Shown: positions 1 to 12,305 of the stretch, in pieces | How the letters are laid out: every line of letters starts with the position of its first letter | Numbering within the stretch: position 1 is the first letter of the stretch | Source: Paraspadella gotoi | Taxonomy: Eukaryota; Animalia; Chaetognatha | Length of the DNA stretch: 64,000 nt | Assembly (NCBI GenBank): GCA_051294375.1 | Contig: CM119264.1 | Coordinates: forward strand, 5,417,197-5,481,196 | Direction: 5' to 3' | Translations under genes and position numbers: made by a program | Notes under the pieces: generated by a model | What the model was told of the DNA's origin: nothing | The model's database searches: none | The model's input: only the letters and a program-made list of their open reading frames with translations

Positions 1-400
1 ATTTGATCGATGGCGTCGACGTAACTAATTCCTCGTCCATCTTGACTCAACGTCGTCTCCATCGTCTTGGCGATGTCCCTGTGATTACCATTTTTATATT
101 GATAATGTTAAATATGTTATAATTTACAATTATAACATCGTTGTAGAGAGAAGATTTTTTCTTCTGTTTTTAATAATAATCCGGTTTTTAAACGTCGACC
201 AAAAAAAATAAAAGTTTTAGAATAAGTGTAACTGAACAAAACTATTACATATGTATTTAGTGATATAATGGATAACTTTTATATGGGTTTTACAAATTTC
301 ACATGTTAGGACTGTCTTAAACCACCTGGAGGGTGTAGCTCGACCCCCCCCCCCGTTCTTTGGATGCAAGAAAAGAACGTCTTCAGCCCACTTATCAATA

Positions 401-438
<38 letters not shown>

Positions 439-690
439 CCGGCTTCAATTCCGAACACAGTTCACTTCACTCATGCTCTTTCTCCACTCACCTCGGCGTC
501 CGACCCTCCGAATCACGAAAGGCAACTTGTGAACTTCCCCCGACGGAGAGAAGAACTGTGAAGGAAGAGACTGGAAGGCGATTCTCGACGGCGAAGATGC
601 TGGCCGCTTTGCCTGGAGGAGAGAGAGGGAGATGGAGACGATTGAGTCGGTCTGTCTGTCTCTTTGTGGTATCTTGTTACCGTCTGTCTC

Positions 691-779
<89 letters not shown>

Positions 780-965
780 ATCTCTCAGTAAGTCTGTGGT
801 CCGTCTGTCTCACCTCTATGGACGAGCCGATGCAGGCTCTTCCCGCTCCTCGCCAACCAACTCGTTCAAGGCGAAACTCGTCGTTGATGGAGAGACGCCT
901 GACGCTAACAGGCGAAAAAAGAGCGGAAGTTCGTCGTCGCCTGGAGATCGGGAAACAGGCGTCGT

Positions 966-1009
<44 letters not shown>

Positions 1010-2555
1010 GATGATGATGACCATGACGACGATGAAAATGAAGACGATGATGATGATGATAACTAATCTCCCACCCGTCTCTTCGTCGACCACGCGCGCC
1101 TCGATCTTCGCCCCTCGATCCAAGAGAAGTCGCGCCATCTCCAGGTCGCCGGCCTCGAGGGCGTAGAAAAGAGGCGTGGCCATCGCGTCGCCCATGTTGC
1201 GAAAATCAACCATCACTTCGGAACCGCGTCGCTTAGGGGGTGGGGAGGTTGTAGGAGTGGTGGTGAAAGTTCTAGCTCGAGAAAAAAATTGTACCCTGAA
1301 CTAAGTTAAATATAATATATATATTATAAGCTACACAATTTTCAACTTATTCTCGATCTCAGTCGCTTAGATTTTTCTCATTCCTATTTCTTTCAGTGAC
1401 TTTTATGTTGTAGTAGTTTATTTATTTTAACAACACAAAAAAGCTAATGACGAGGGCTTTTTAAATTCGATTCTCTTCTTCAATCTGAAGCGATCAATTA
1501 ATCAATTAATCAATTAATGCCCGACTCTATCGATCGATTCATCGATCCAAAGAAAACCAATTCGTCTAAAAAAAAATAGCATCACCGAGCATTACCTCCA
1601 TCAATTCCCGCGCGGCGGCCACGTTTCCGGCGAGCACATGATGAGCGAGCGACATCGAGTCGGACACCTGTTTGAGCAGCAACGAGATTTCTGCGTTGCC
1701 CTTTTGTTCGGAGAATTCGATGACGGAGACGCCGTCTCGTGAGGCGTCGACGAAGCAGCACCACGCGTTCACCAGTTTCCTGACGACGATAATAAGTTTA
1801 AAATAAATTTTAAATGTCACACTAATTTTAATAATTAAAATAACAGTTGAAGGAAGACAGAAAATTAATGAAAACAAATCTATTTGCGATTATCTAAGAC
1901 TTATGATCATTAATAAAATAATGAAGAACATTAAGCAACAGCGGTTAGTCACGGACGTGACTTAAATATTATATTCTCTCAGTTTAGTTTATTACTAATA
2001 CTAGTTGGAAAAATTGAATGACAGATCCCGTGATGTGTGCCATTTTAATGTCATTCACTAGAAATAGTTGTGATTAAATATTTTATCTCTTTTCTCATTA
2101 GTCAAGTCCTGCTTAAGATAAACGTCCTTAACAACTATTATCATATTAACTGATTAACATGTTATTATGCTAACTAGTAATGGGTTTAAGGTGTAAATAC
2201 AGATAATATAGAGAAGTATGTTAGACCAAATCGTTTACTACAGTATGTAAATTAGATTTACCTGACGCCCCCGATGTCCCCCAACGCGACGGCCTTCCAA
2301 TATCCGGGTGAGAAGTCGGCCAGAAGGCGTCGCAACGACACGTCGAAGGGCGGCGTCGACGCGGCGCCGCGGGAACGGCGCCAGGCGTCGAGACGGCGCC
2401 AACGGGCGTCGCCGAGTCTCTCGATTCCGTCCAAATCGATGTGAGCGGAATCGAGCGAGGAGACGTCAGCGCCGCAGCGGAGCAGCGCCTGCGGAGTCGG
2501 GGAGAGTTGAGCTGAAGTACTCTCTCACTCTCTCTCTCTCTCCTCTCTTCTCTCT

Positions 2556-2617
<62 letters not shown>

Positions 2618-4837
2618 CGAATCAATTCGAGATCTTCATGCAAAAACGCAGTTTGCAAGGGAGTTCGAAACTCGTCATTCTCCAACTCCAGGACGCTTCG
2701 ATCTGTAGTATGAATGAATGTGATAAGAATAGTTCGTCCTTTTCTCTCTAAAGACTCGTTCATGGTTCATTTTAAAATGACCACTATTTAAAATGACCAT
2801 TTGATTATTTTTACTTTCGTGAGAGCTTGCGATAAGTTTTTTAGTTTCTCTTCAGAGCTCAAACGTTGTACCCGCTTCGAAAACCCGTTTTTACGGGTCT
2901 CCGGTAGAATTTTGACTAATAAAGTTTCACAATAAAATAAGAAACGTCTTTTCTATTCGGGCCCATGTTAAGACAGTCGAACGGGCAACGTTCGAATGTT
3001 TGCCTTCGCGAGCGTGAGACCAAAATATCTCACAGATATGAATGAATGAATGAATGAATGAATGAATGAGATGAATGAATGAATGAATATGAAATGAATG
3101 AATGAATGAATGAATGAATGATTGATATGTAATGAATGAATGAATGAATGAATGAATGATGAATGAATGAATGAATGAATGAATGAATGATGAATGAATG
3201 ATTGATTGATTGATTGATGGATTGAATGGATTGGATTGATTGGATTGATTGATGATTGATATGATTGATTGATTGATTGTTGATTTGATTGATTGAATGA
3301 ATGAATGAATGAATGAATGAAAGAAAGAATAAAGGATCGAAATAATACTTGGATAATTGAATAAATTGATAAATTAACGGAAATAAAAGAGCCTTCTTTC
3401 TGTAACCTGCGTCGCAGATGGCGTAGGCTATTCTTTCTCGCCTCCGATCAGGAGCCGGACAATCGATGCTCAACAAGTGCAAGAGAGTTTCGCCATTCGA
3501 GCCGTAGGTCAAAGAGACGTCGGCACCTGGAAATGACTCAAAAGTTTATTACAAATATAAATAAATATTTTACCCAAATAGCGTCCCTACCAATATTTTT
3601 TATCACCTGCTTTTAGACATGTCCGGACACGTTCAATGTCCAAGTCGAGGGTCGCGTGATAAATCTTTTGTTTCAGAGAGTCTTCTTCTTGATTCATCTT
3701 TTTTTAATCCACAGATGTCGCTTTCGTTTGACTTCATTCGTTAGTTTATCAATTAAAAAAAGTTGTCAGTATTGTTTGATTGTAAATTTAATTGTTTGAT
3801 CGTCTTTCGTTTGAGTTTCCGACGAATTGCGCATCAAGATTCGAATGTGTCGTTGAGCGATGGAATGTTTTGCACGTGACCCGTTCCAAGATACATCCGG
3901 TTGGCGTGGAGGCACAACGATCTGGAGATTGAAAATCGCAACGATGCGTCGCTTAAAACCATTTAATTTTTATTACTAAAATTTATTAATAGTTAATATT
4001 TAAATTACTGATGTTGGCATATCATTTCGTATGAACGTGACCTAACATCTTGACAAACAGTCAAACGACGTGGACTCAATTCCTGACCTGACGTTGTCCA
4101 CGAAAATCTGGATGAGGTGAGTGATGACGACGACGGAGAGCGCGCAGAGAAAAATACAGAGGACGACGATCTGAAAATTAAGAATTTAAATATGTAAAGA
4201 ATGAGCAAGGTTAGAATTTAGTCGAAGGAATACGTATATTGTGCGGATGGTTTGGCTGCTTGCTCTCGTCTTTCATTCATTTTTATTCAGATAAACCTTT
4301 GACAGCGATTAACTAAAACACATCTAATTTAAGCGCAACCGCGTACGAAGATTATCTACTCACCTTCTTCAGGAATATTCTTCATATATACAATATACAT
4401 ATCAATTCTCCCGTCGATCTCGACCTCGACCCGCCCCCCTTCCATTTACTTGCGTGTACAGCCTCCTCTTTTGATCGGCGAAGCACGGCGCCCTCAGAAT
4501 TCGGGGCAGCCACCCGCCGCGAGGCGTCAGGGAAGGGGCGCGCCCCCAGGACGCGCGTTGACCGGAAACGGGCGCCGCGGCGTCGGGGGGCGTGACTGGA
4601 TCGGCGACGGCGTCCTCGTTGATCGCGTCGGAGGAGGAGGAGCGTTGGGCGCAAGAGGGCGAAGTCCAAGAGACGACGGAATTGAAATCTGGAGGAAAAA
4701 CAAAATGACAACCGATAGTCGGAAACTGACAGGAATATTCTAAAAAGTGATTAGAAGAAAATCTTAAAAATTAATTGAATAAAGTGAAATAAGAAATGGT
4801 TTCATCTCTTACCTTTCTTTCGATGAATCTTAGCCAT
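1..4837 (-). CDS. Multi-exon ankyrin-repeat protein with probable N-terminal transmembrane helix; 3' end runs off the window. Exons approx. 4837-4813, 4688-4450, 4170-4088, ~3921-3607, 3526-3407, 2702-2617, 2488-2262, 1779-1596, ~1272-1075, 940-814, 612-492, 78-<1
   Basis: GT-AG exons with mostly matching phases give ankyrin-type motifs: CLKAGADVSLTYGSNGETLLHLL, ENDEFRTPLQTAFLHEDLELIRALLRCGADVS, ATPLFYALEAGDLEMARLLLDRGAKIE, RDSEGRTPRDIA. A few single-base frameshifts are needed (3700-3900, ~850, ~1270), consistent with assembly error. The link of the three 5' exons is less certain. Confidence 0.8.
3037..3320. repeat. (ATGA)n/(ATTG)n tetranucleotide microsatellite in an ankyrin-gene intron
   Basis: Directly visible tandem tetramers. 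Confidence 0.95.
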
Positions 4838-5542
4838 ATGAAATATCGTTGGTCGGAATCATAAGTAACGTTTTTCGTTGCAATTTCAGTTTCGACAGAA
4901 AATGAGGATGAGGTTGCGTGCCACGACGATATTGATGATCAAGATGACGACGACAAAGACGACGATTCGTGTGAGAAGTTATGGGAGAGCGAGAGTGAGA
5001 CAATGACAGAGAGAGATTCTGCAAAAAAAAAAAAAAAGATCGATCGAGGAAGTGAGATGAGAGAGCGGAATCTCAGATAATGATATTGCAAATTTCTCTG
5101 CAATTTCTATTGCGGTTACCTTTGCGAAAAATAGTAAAAATAACAAATGCTAAATATTATTCAAAATACTATCATAAAATTGGTATAACAAAAGAGTGAA
5201 AAAATCTACAAAAAATAGCTTTAAATAATAGTGAAAAAATTTGAATTTGCATTTGAAAAAAAATTAAACAAATTTGGATTTTTCTTCGCCATTTTTCCTT
5301 CTCCAGTCTCTGTCCGTTATTCCGACGTCAAAGTTACGAGGCCCGAATCGCGCAATACGAGTTATATTAACTGGAAAGAGCAGAGAGTGAAAGAGCACCG
5401 AGTTGCAAGCCCTAGGACGTTTTTGCGAAATTCGCGCTCGCGTGCAAAGAGCTTCTGCATCAACGGCGTCTGGCGGAAGAAGCGGAGAAACACGAGAGAA
5501 CCAGAGCAGTAGACAAAAGGAGAGGAGAAATGAGAGAGCAAT

Positions 5543-5628
<86 letters not shown>

Positions 5629-7708
5629 TTGTTTTTGAAACTCGGTCTTTATTTTATAGCCAAAGTATCTTAGAGAAATAGATTGCATGAAATTACGCTA
5701 ATCGTAAAAAGTTATTTCTTTGTTTTCGTTTCCCCTGAACGCGCAATGTCAATGTTGCCAACCATAAATCCGTCGGATCAGACAAATATCAGGGTGAACG
5801 ATTTTAAAAAGACTTTTTTGTGGCGGAAATTCAAATATTTAATATCTATACGAAAATTTTGGAGCGAAGTGTGACGTCACGAAAGTTGAAACTGGGCGCT
5901 CGAGGGAAAGGGGAATGAAAATAAATAAACAATTAGATGTTCTCACTTGAATCTCCTTTTATTCTAATGTTAAAATTGTGTTAAAATTATTAAAAATTAA
6001 GCAACATGACAGACTATCAAAAATTGTCTTCTTTAGTTAAACGACTAAAAAAAAATATCCGAAAAAGAGCGAGAAAGAAAACAAAGAAAACAAAGAAAAC
6101 AAAGAAAACAACGACGATTCACTTTTCTTTCGTCTCACCATCGATTTTCCTTTCGAGGTCTCATCTGTTTCTCGAGTCGAGGACAAACTATTATTTTTAT
6201 GATCGATGCAACTTGTAATGTACAATTACTAACAGTAGGTAATAGTATGAAATAGATAAAAGAGATAATACATAGAGGTAGGCGTTTGCAGGTTAGAGAA
6301 GTCCCTCTGATTTAAAAAGAAGAAAAAATTCAATCAAAGTTGACAGTCGAATTGACAATTAAATTAATCCAGGATTTATGTACTACTCAGGCAAAAACTC
6401 CAATTTGGACATTTGACATTCGATGTCTCGATCTCTGACGGTTCCGAAAGCAAAAACATTCACAGCAACATCAATCACAACATCAAATTTTACGACAACA
6501 CCAACAACAACAACAACAATTGTTACCCTAACGTCGACTGCATCACAACCATCACGGTGTCAACAAATCTGCATCAGCGAGGACAACAACAACGACGACA
6601 ACAAAGAGGAGGACTACGTTTGACGACGACGACGACGACGACGACCACGTCCACGACAACGACGACGACGACGATTCCTAACGACCCTCCCCATAATAAA
6701 TATAAAGCATTTTACGGTCTTTTTTTCCCTCGCCTGGCCGACGCCTGCTTTCCATTTATCATATTCGTTTTTACAACGGAAAACGTTATTCGGAACCTGA
6801 CGGGGATTCTGCGCAGAGATCTCGATTCTGAGGTCGATTGAGAGGGGGGCGGTAATGGGGGGTTCCGTGTGGGGCGAGGGATGCGAGGATGGTGGAAATT
6901 GTGGGAGGAGAGGGAGTAATAAAGAAACCGAGGAACTAAAGGGTCTATAAGAGAAAAGAGAGGATGACCAGCGTAAAAGAAAAAAAGGGAAGTGTGAAAA
7001 ATAATAAAAATCCTTTAGAAAATGTAAAAAAAAAACAGTAAGAGAAGATTGCGAATAATTTATAGAGAGAGCTATACAGAATAAAATTTAAAAAATAGAG
7101 AAAGAGAGAAAAGGAAAGAAAGGGAAAGGAAAGGATGGTAAGTAAAAGAAGAGCAAAATAAAAGGAGAAATTATAAGGAGCGTAAGTAAAAAGCGGGGAA
7201 AACTAAAAGAGAAAATAAACTAAGTGAAAAGTGGGGAAGGTTAAAAGAGAAAATAGTAGTAAGTGAAAAGCGGGGAAAGTAGAAAAACGAAAGGAAACGG
7301 GAAGAGAAGTGTCGTTAATTTTATGGCGCGATGCCCGAGGCGCGCGAGCCCCGCGCGGGAATTTCACATCTGATAAAAAATAAATAGATAAATATAATTT
7401 TACGTTTTTCTTATTTTGCATACGAACGGTTTTTTTCCCTTTTTCCTCGCGCCCTTCTTTCACAACGTCGGGGTCGTCGTCGTCGTCGTCGTTTATTCTT
7501 CGTCGTCATTTTCGTTTTATTTTTTAAGTTTTCGTCGTCGTCGACATTAGTCGTTAGTTAATTATAAACTTTGACATAAACTTAGTCGTTCGTTTCACCT
7601 TCCCTGTCGTCGTCGGCGTCGTCGTCTTTTTCGTGCGTTAAAAGTCGTAATAAACTTTTTTTTTCATCTGTTGTCGTCACTTTCAGCTTCTCGGTATCCC
7701 GTCCTTGA

Positions 7709-7743
<35 letters not shown>

Positions 7744-7911
7744 TTGACGTCGGGTTTAAATCCTCTTCGTTCATTTCCCGCTTGTTTATATGTTAAAGGG
7801 AAGAGAATCTTTTTTTACTGTGTCTATAATAAGACGGTTTTAGTACCAAAACAAAAGACGGTAGTGGTAAAGCGTGGGACGGCGGGGAACTCGTGGCCTG
7901 CGGAAGTGAGT

Positions 7912-7959
<48 letters not shown>

Positions 7960-8486
7960 TGAACCCTTTTTAAGCTAAACATGTGGAAGAAATAACCAGG
8001 AATCCTCGAAAAGAGAAAAAACGTAATTCGTTAAGAAAAAAAATCGAGAAAAAAATAAACACAAATTAAATTCTACTTTTAACTCTTAGCCCTTTTTTTA
8101 GTTTTTACGTAAGAAGCTTTTAAAAACTTTCTTTTTTTAAAAACTTTCGTTTTTTGTTTTTCTCTTTTTGAATTACGGCTGACGAGATAATTTGCGGGAC
8201 GGTCATTAAAGTTGGGCAGATCCGTTGGTTCATCAGTTTTGATGGGCAGTGGGCAATATTGTTGAAAGTATGATGAAACGAAAAAGGTTTTCAAAGGGGA
8301 TAAAATCAATAATAGGGTAAAAATTAATATTTAAAGAGTAACTATTGGCCTTTTTAAGAACTTTTTAAAATTCTTAATTTGATGAATTTCTCTCTGACTC
8401 GTTGAAGGTCAAATCACAATCAACCAAACAACTCGGGATCTGAAAAAGCAGCGAAAAAACTTCATCTTTGTTTTTATCATTTTAAA

Positions 8487-8521
<35 letters not shown>

Positions 8522-8865
8522 NNNNNNNNNNCTCTCTAACTCAACAGTTGCTCCAGTTTTCAAAATAAAAACGCTAAAAAGACCATTTTTATATTTTTGC
8601 GCATTTTTCAAACGAGTGAACTCGACGTTTAATAACTGCGCTCAAAAAAAGCCAAATGTTTTTTTTTCTCAAATTTTCAGCCAATTTAAAACCTTTCGTT
8701 CGCAGATTTTATTCGATTAAGATTTATGAAAAAAACACGACTGACGATTTCGCTTCTTACAAAAGTTTTTCTTATTTTCTAGACTAAACTAATTGAACAC
8801 AAAAATTTAAACTTGAACAATAAAAATAAAAAACCTCAATAGCGTTTAATTAATATTATTTGTGT

Positions 8866-8867
8866 TT

Positions 8868-8958
<91 letters not shown>

Positions 8959-8975
8959 CTATTTCTTTCTTTCTT
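8866..8975. repeat. (TTTC)n microsatellite
   Basis: Directly visible. Confidence 0.95.
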
Positions 8976-11900
8976 TCCTTCTTTTTTTTCGTTTTTCAAT
9001 TTCTTTTTACATCATTTATTTTTTCCTTACTCTCTTTTTATTTATCTTACTATCTTTCTGTTTTTCTCTTTCAGATTTTTTCATTGCGCCTTTCTCTCTT
9101 GTCACGTTCTCAATTAACGAGAGGCTTTTTTTAGAAAAAAAATTATTCTTCATTCTTTTCTCAATTTTCCTCGATTTATTTTTCCCCTTCCCCCTTCGCC
9201 TCGAATCATTTTAATGCTTAAAACGAAACGTAGGCCGCTTTAAAAGTTAAAACGAATTCGGCATTTGAGTGATTGTCAAATGCCATGTCGAATTCCATGA
9301 GACGCCCGGTAATCAGGCGATTAGAGCAACGAGCGATGCAATTACCTAATGCATTATCAGATTGCCTTCGATGCATTAAGCGATAATTCGACCCTTTTCA
9401 TAAAGAAGATGATTACGCGTTTTAGCTTTGGATATTTCCGTAATCCAGCAGGACGCATTAAGGGGACCCAGTGATAAAAATGATATCATAAGCTTTAAGG
9501 GTCTATCATCAAAGGAATTTGAATGGTGATAGTCATTAATTTTTTCTTTGCACGCGAAAGTGGCAAAAAAATTCCTATCTCTTTTGTAGCGGAAACAAAA
9601 ATTAATAATTATGAAAAAAAAATTTAGTTGACCCTACTAAATATTTATATAATCCATTATTTTATTTTTGCATTTAGAAAGTATTTTTTACTAAATTCAA
9701 TTTTTTTTTTACTGTAACAAACTATAATTTAGGTTTAAGCCTCATTGAACAAAGGCTTTACAAGACTAATATTTTTTTTATTTTTTTATTTACTTAAAAG
9801 CAGACAAATCAAACCTAAATTCTATTCTTTACAGAAATAAAACTGTAATAATTATTAATTAATATTCATATTCATCCCTTAAATGTATAATTAAACTATA
9901 TTGATTCCTAATTATAACAATTAAAAATTTAGCAAAAGTCCAGAATCTTTCTCTTCTTTTTATATTTATATTACTTCAAAGAGTTTTATTTTCATCCAAT
10001 TAACAGAATCATTTGAAAAGAAAAGTTTAAATAAAAATCAGTCGATACCTTAAATTTTGATTCATTCCTAGTTTTTTTTCTTATAAATTTTTGTATAAAA
10101 AGCTGAAAATCTTTTTTAAAATTAGATCTTACCCTTTTTTGGAAAAAAAAATTTTAAACTTGAAAAAGATTTTTTTTTTACGATTTTTTAAGAAAATTAA
10201 GCTCACTGATTTATCGAATTTTTTAACTACTTTCCCAAATGATTATAAAGAAAAAAATTATATGATCAGAACCAGCTTAAGTTAAAGGGTCAAACGTTAT
10301 GTTTTTCAGCTTTTTTACCCCCCCTGTTCACTTGGTCCCCTTAAAGCCTGTGTTAATTTCCTTGAAAAGTTAAATAAATTTCATCGTTTTGATTCTAGTA
10401 CTTTATTTTTCCCCCATAGAACTTTTAATTTTCATATATACATTTTTAGATTTGTTTGTTTGCTTTTTGTAACGAGTGCAGAAAAACTTTTTCACAACTT
10501 CTTTCACATTTTTTCAATTTACGCTTTCGCCCGATTTCTCGTGTTCATCCCGCGTTCATTGGCTCATCCACTCGTATGTCCGTCCGTGCGCCCTTCCGTG
10601 CGTTATTTCCGTACAATCGCGCACGATTTTGCCGGTTCGTCTGGGCGTGTCCGCTCGTACGTCCGCGTGCGACCGTGCGGACATTCGCGCTTGCGTTCGC
10701 CGTTCGCGTTTTCGGCCTTTCTTCACAATTTTTCCCAATGGACGAAATTTTTCACTCCGACGCTGACGTATGTCTATCACGTGATCATTTCATTGGACCC
10801 TCGACTTTCGTTCGTTCCTTCGCAGATTCGCAAACATCCGGGTCGACCAAGCGACCACCAAATACAATCCCTATCCAAGAGCCTCCACCTTTCCCACCCG
10901 TCTCGATCCAAGCCTTTGCCTTCGACAGTCGACCGAATCTAATATGCTTCTCTTGCCTCACATTGAAGATCAGTTTCGATTCTGCGCATTGGAATAAAAA
11001 ACGGAAAGAAAATTGGGAACTCGAATGAAAGAAAAGTTCTCATCAGTTTCACACCTGGATTTCAGCCTGCTGAGAAATTTTGTATAAATTGAAATTAAAT
11101 TTTTTTTCATGAAATAAAAAAAAATCATTATCGTTCACAACTTGATTTTGACAGTATGAACATTTCATACCTCGATCCCCACTTGGTGGATCTTAGGTGT
11201 CCGGAAAAACCCTGATCCTGATTCATTGCCCGTTCCATTGCTGGAGAGGTTTAGCGCCCAGTTAGCCCAGTAAGCCCACTTATCGCCTTATCCAGATATA
11301 AAACAAAAATAATTCATCCAAAAAATGTCAATGGATACAAAGTGTACTGCGCTCCACGACAGATTGTTAAACCTTAACTTAAAGAGTGAAAATGATTTAA
11401 GAGAAAAACTGGTTTTTCCGGTTGTCCAACGCTAGTTTATTATCTGGCTTTCCATTGACGCAAATTGTCTTAATCTAGTAGAAAAACAAAATTAAAAACT
11501 TTTGATCAAGCAACATTTTCATCCTTATTCTAATTCTATCCTAGTAATAAAGAAATATATTCATATCAAGAACGATGGTTACTATTTATGTACGTTCACA
11601 ATATAATTGAAGGAAAATGGATTTTGATTTTCTCTATCATCGATAGAAGATAATCGATATATTGAGGCGGTCGCTGTTATAATGATATCAATTGTGTAAC
11701 TCGGTTTTAAATTCGATAGAGCGCCCAACCGGGCCTACACGTCATATCGTCAAATTCTTTAGATCAAGAAACCTGAAATTGATATTACTGGTTATCGCTT
11801 CTACTAAATTCATTCTTTTCATTTTCGAAAATTTGGCCCCAAGCGGCACAATACAAAGTAAAACCAACGTTCGATAATTAGAGTAGAGTTGATTTTTCCG

Positions 11901-12080
11901 AAGAGGACTCGTCAAACTGTTTTTTTTCTCAAGGCATCAACGGATAATCTCTCGAAAAGTAGGTCTACTCTAGTCAACGTGACGAATTCGGGTAAAAATT
12001 TATTTCTTCGATGAGAAAACGTGACTCTTAAAGAAAGAGGGCATCTCTGAAGACTCGTCCGACTAGATTTTCTAACTTGA

Positions 12081-12095
12081 GGGTATATATTAAAA
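12081..12095 (+). promoter_or_regulatory. Putative TATA box of the CAP gene
   Basis: GGGTATATATTAAAA ~220 bp upstream of the ATG, followed by a likely 5'UTR intron (donor near 12189, acceptor TTTGCCCAG near 12295). Confidence 0.4.
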
Positions 12096-12305
12096 TCTGA
12101 ATAAATAAGGAGTCATTTCCGATCTGGCAGTCCTTGTACGAAGACATACGAATTTGACGAAACGTCGGAAATCATCAATCTAATAAGGTAGTAAGCGTTT
12201 ATTAATTTTAATTGTATCGTAGGGCGAATTGTTGAAAAAAAAATTATGATATAAACAGGTCTCCTGGTCTCCTATGGTCAAATTATTTTGCCCAGCCAAT
12301 TCAAG

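Noticed and set aside
6413-6841. 142-aa Asn/Thr/Gln-rich ORF
   Set aside because: Driven by (CAA)n/(CGA)n repeats; no supportable gene model.
10456-11028. Overlapping 160-190 aa ORFs
   Set aside because: GC-rich low-information sequence open in several frames, with no recognisable motif or splice structure.
11880-11972. Tiny element with TAGAGTAGA/TCTACTCTA ends
   Set aside because: Short inverted repeat, single copy here; insufficient to call a MITE.
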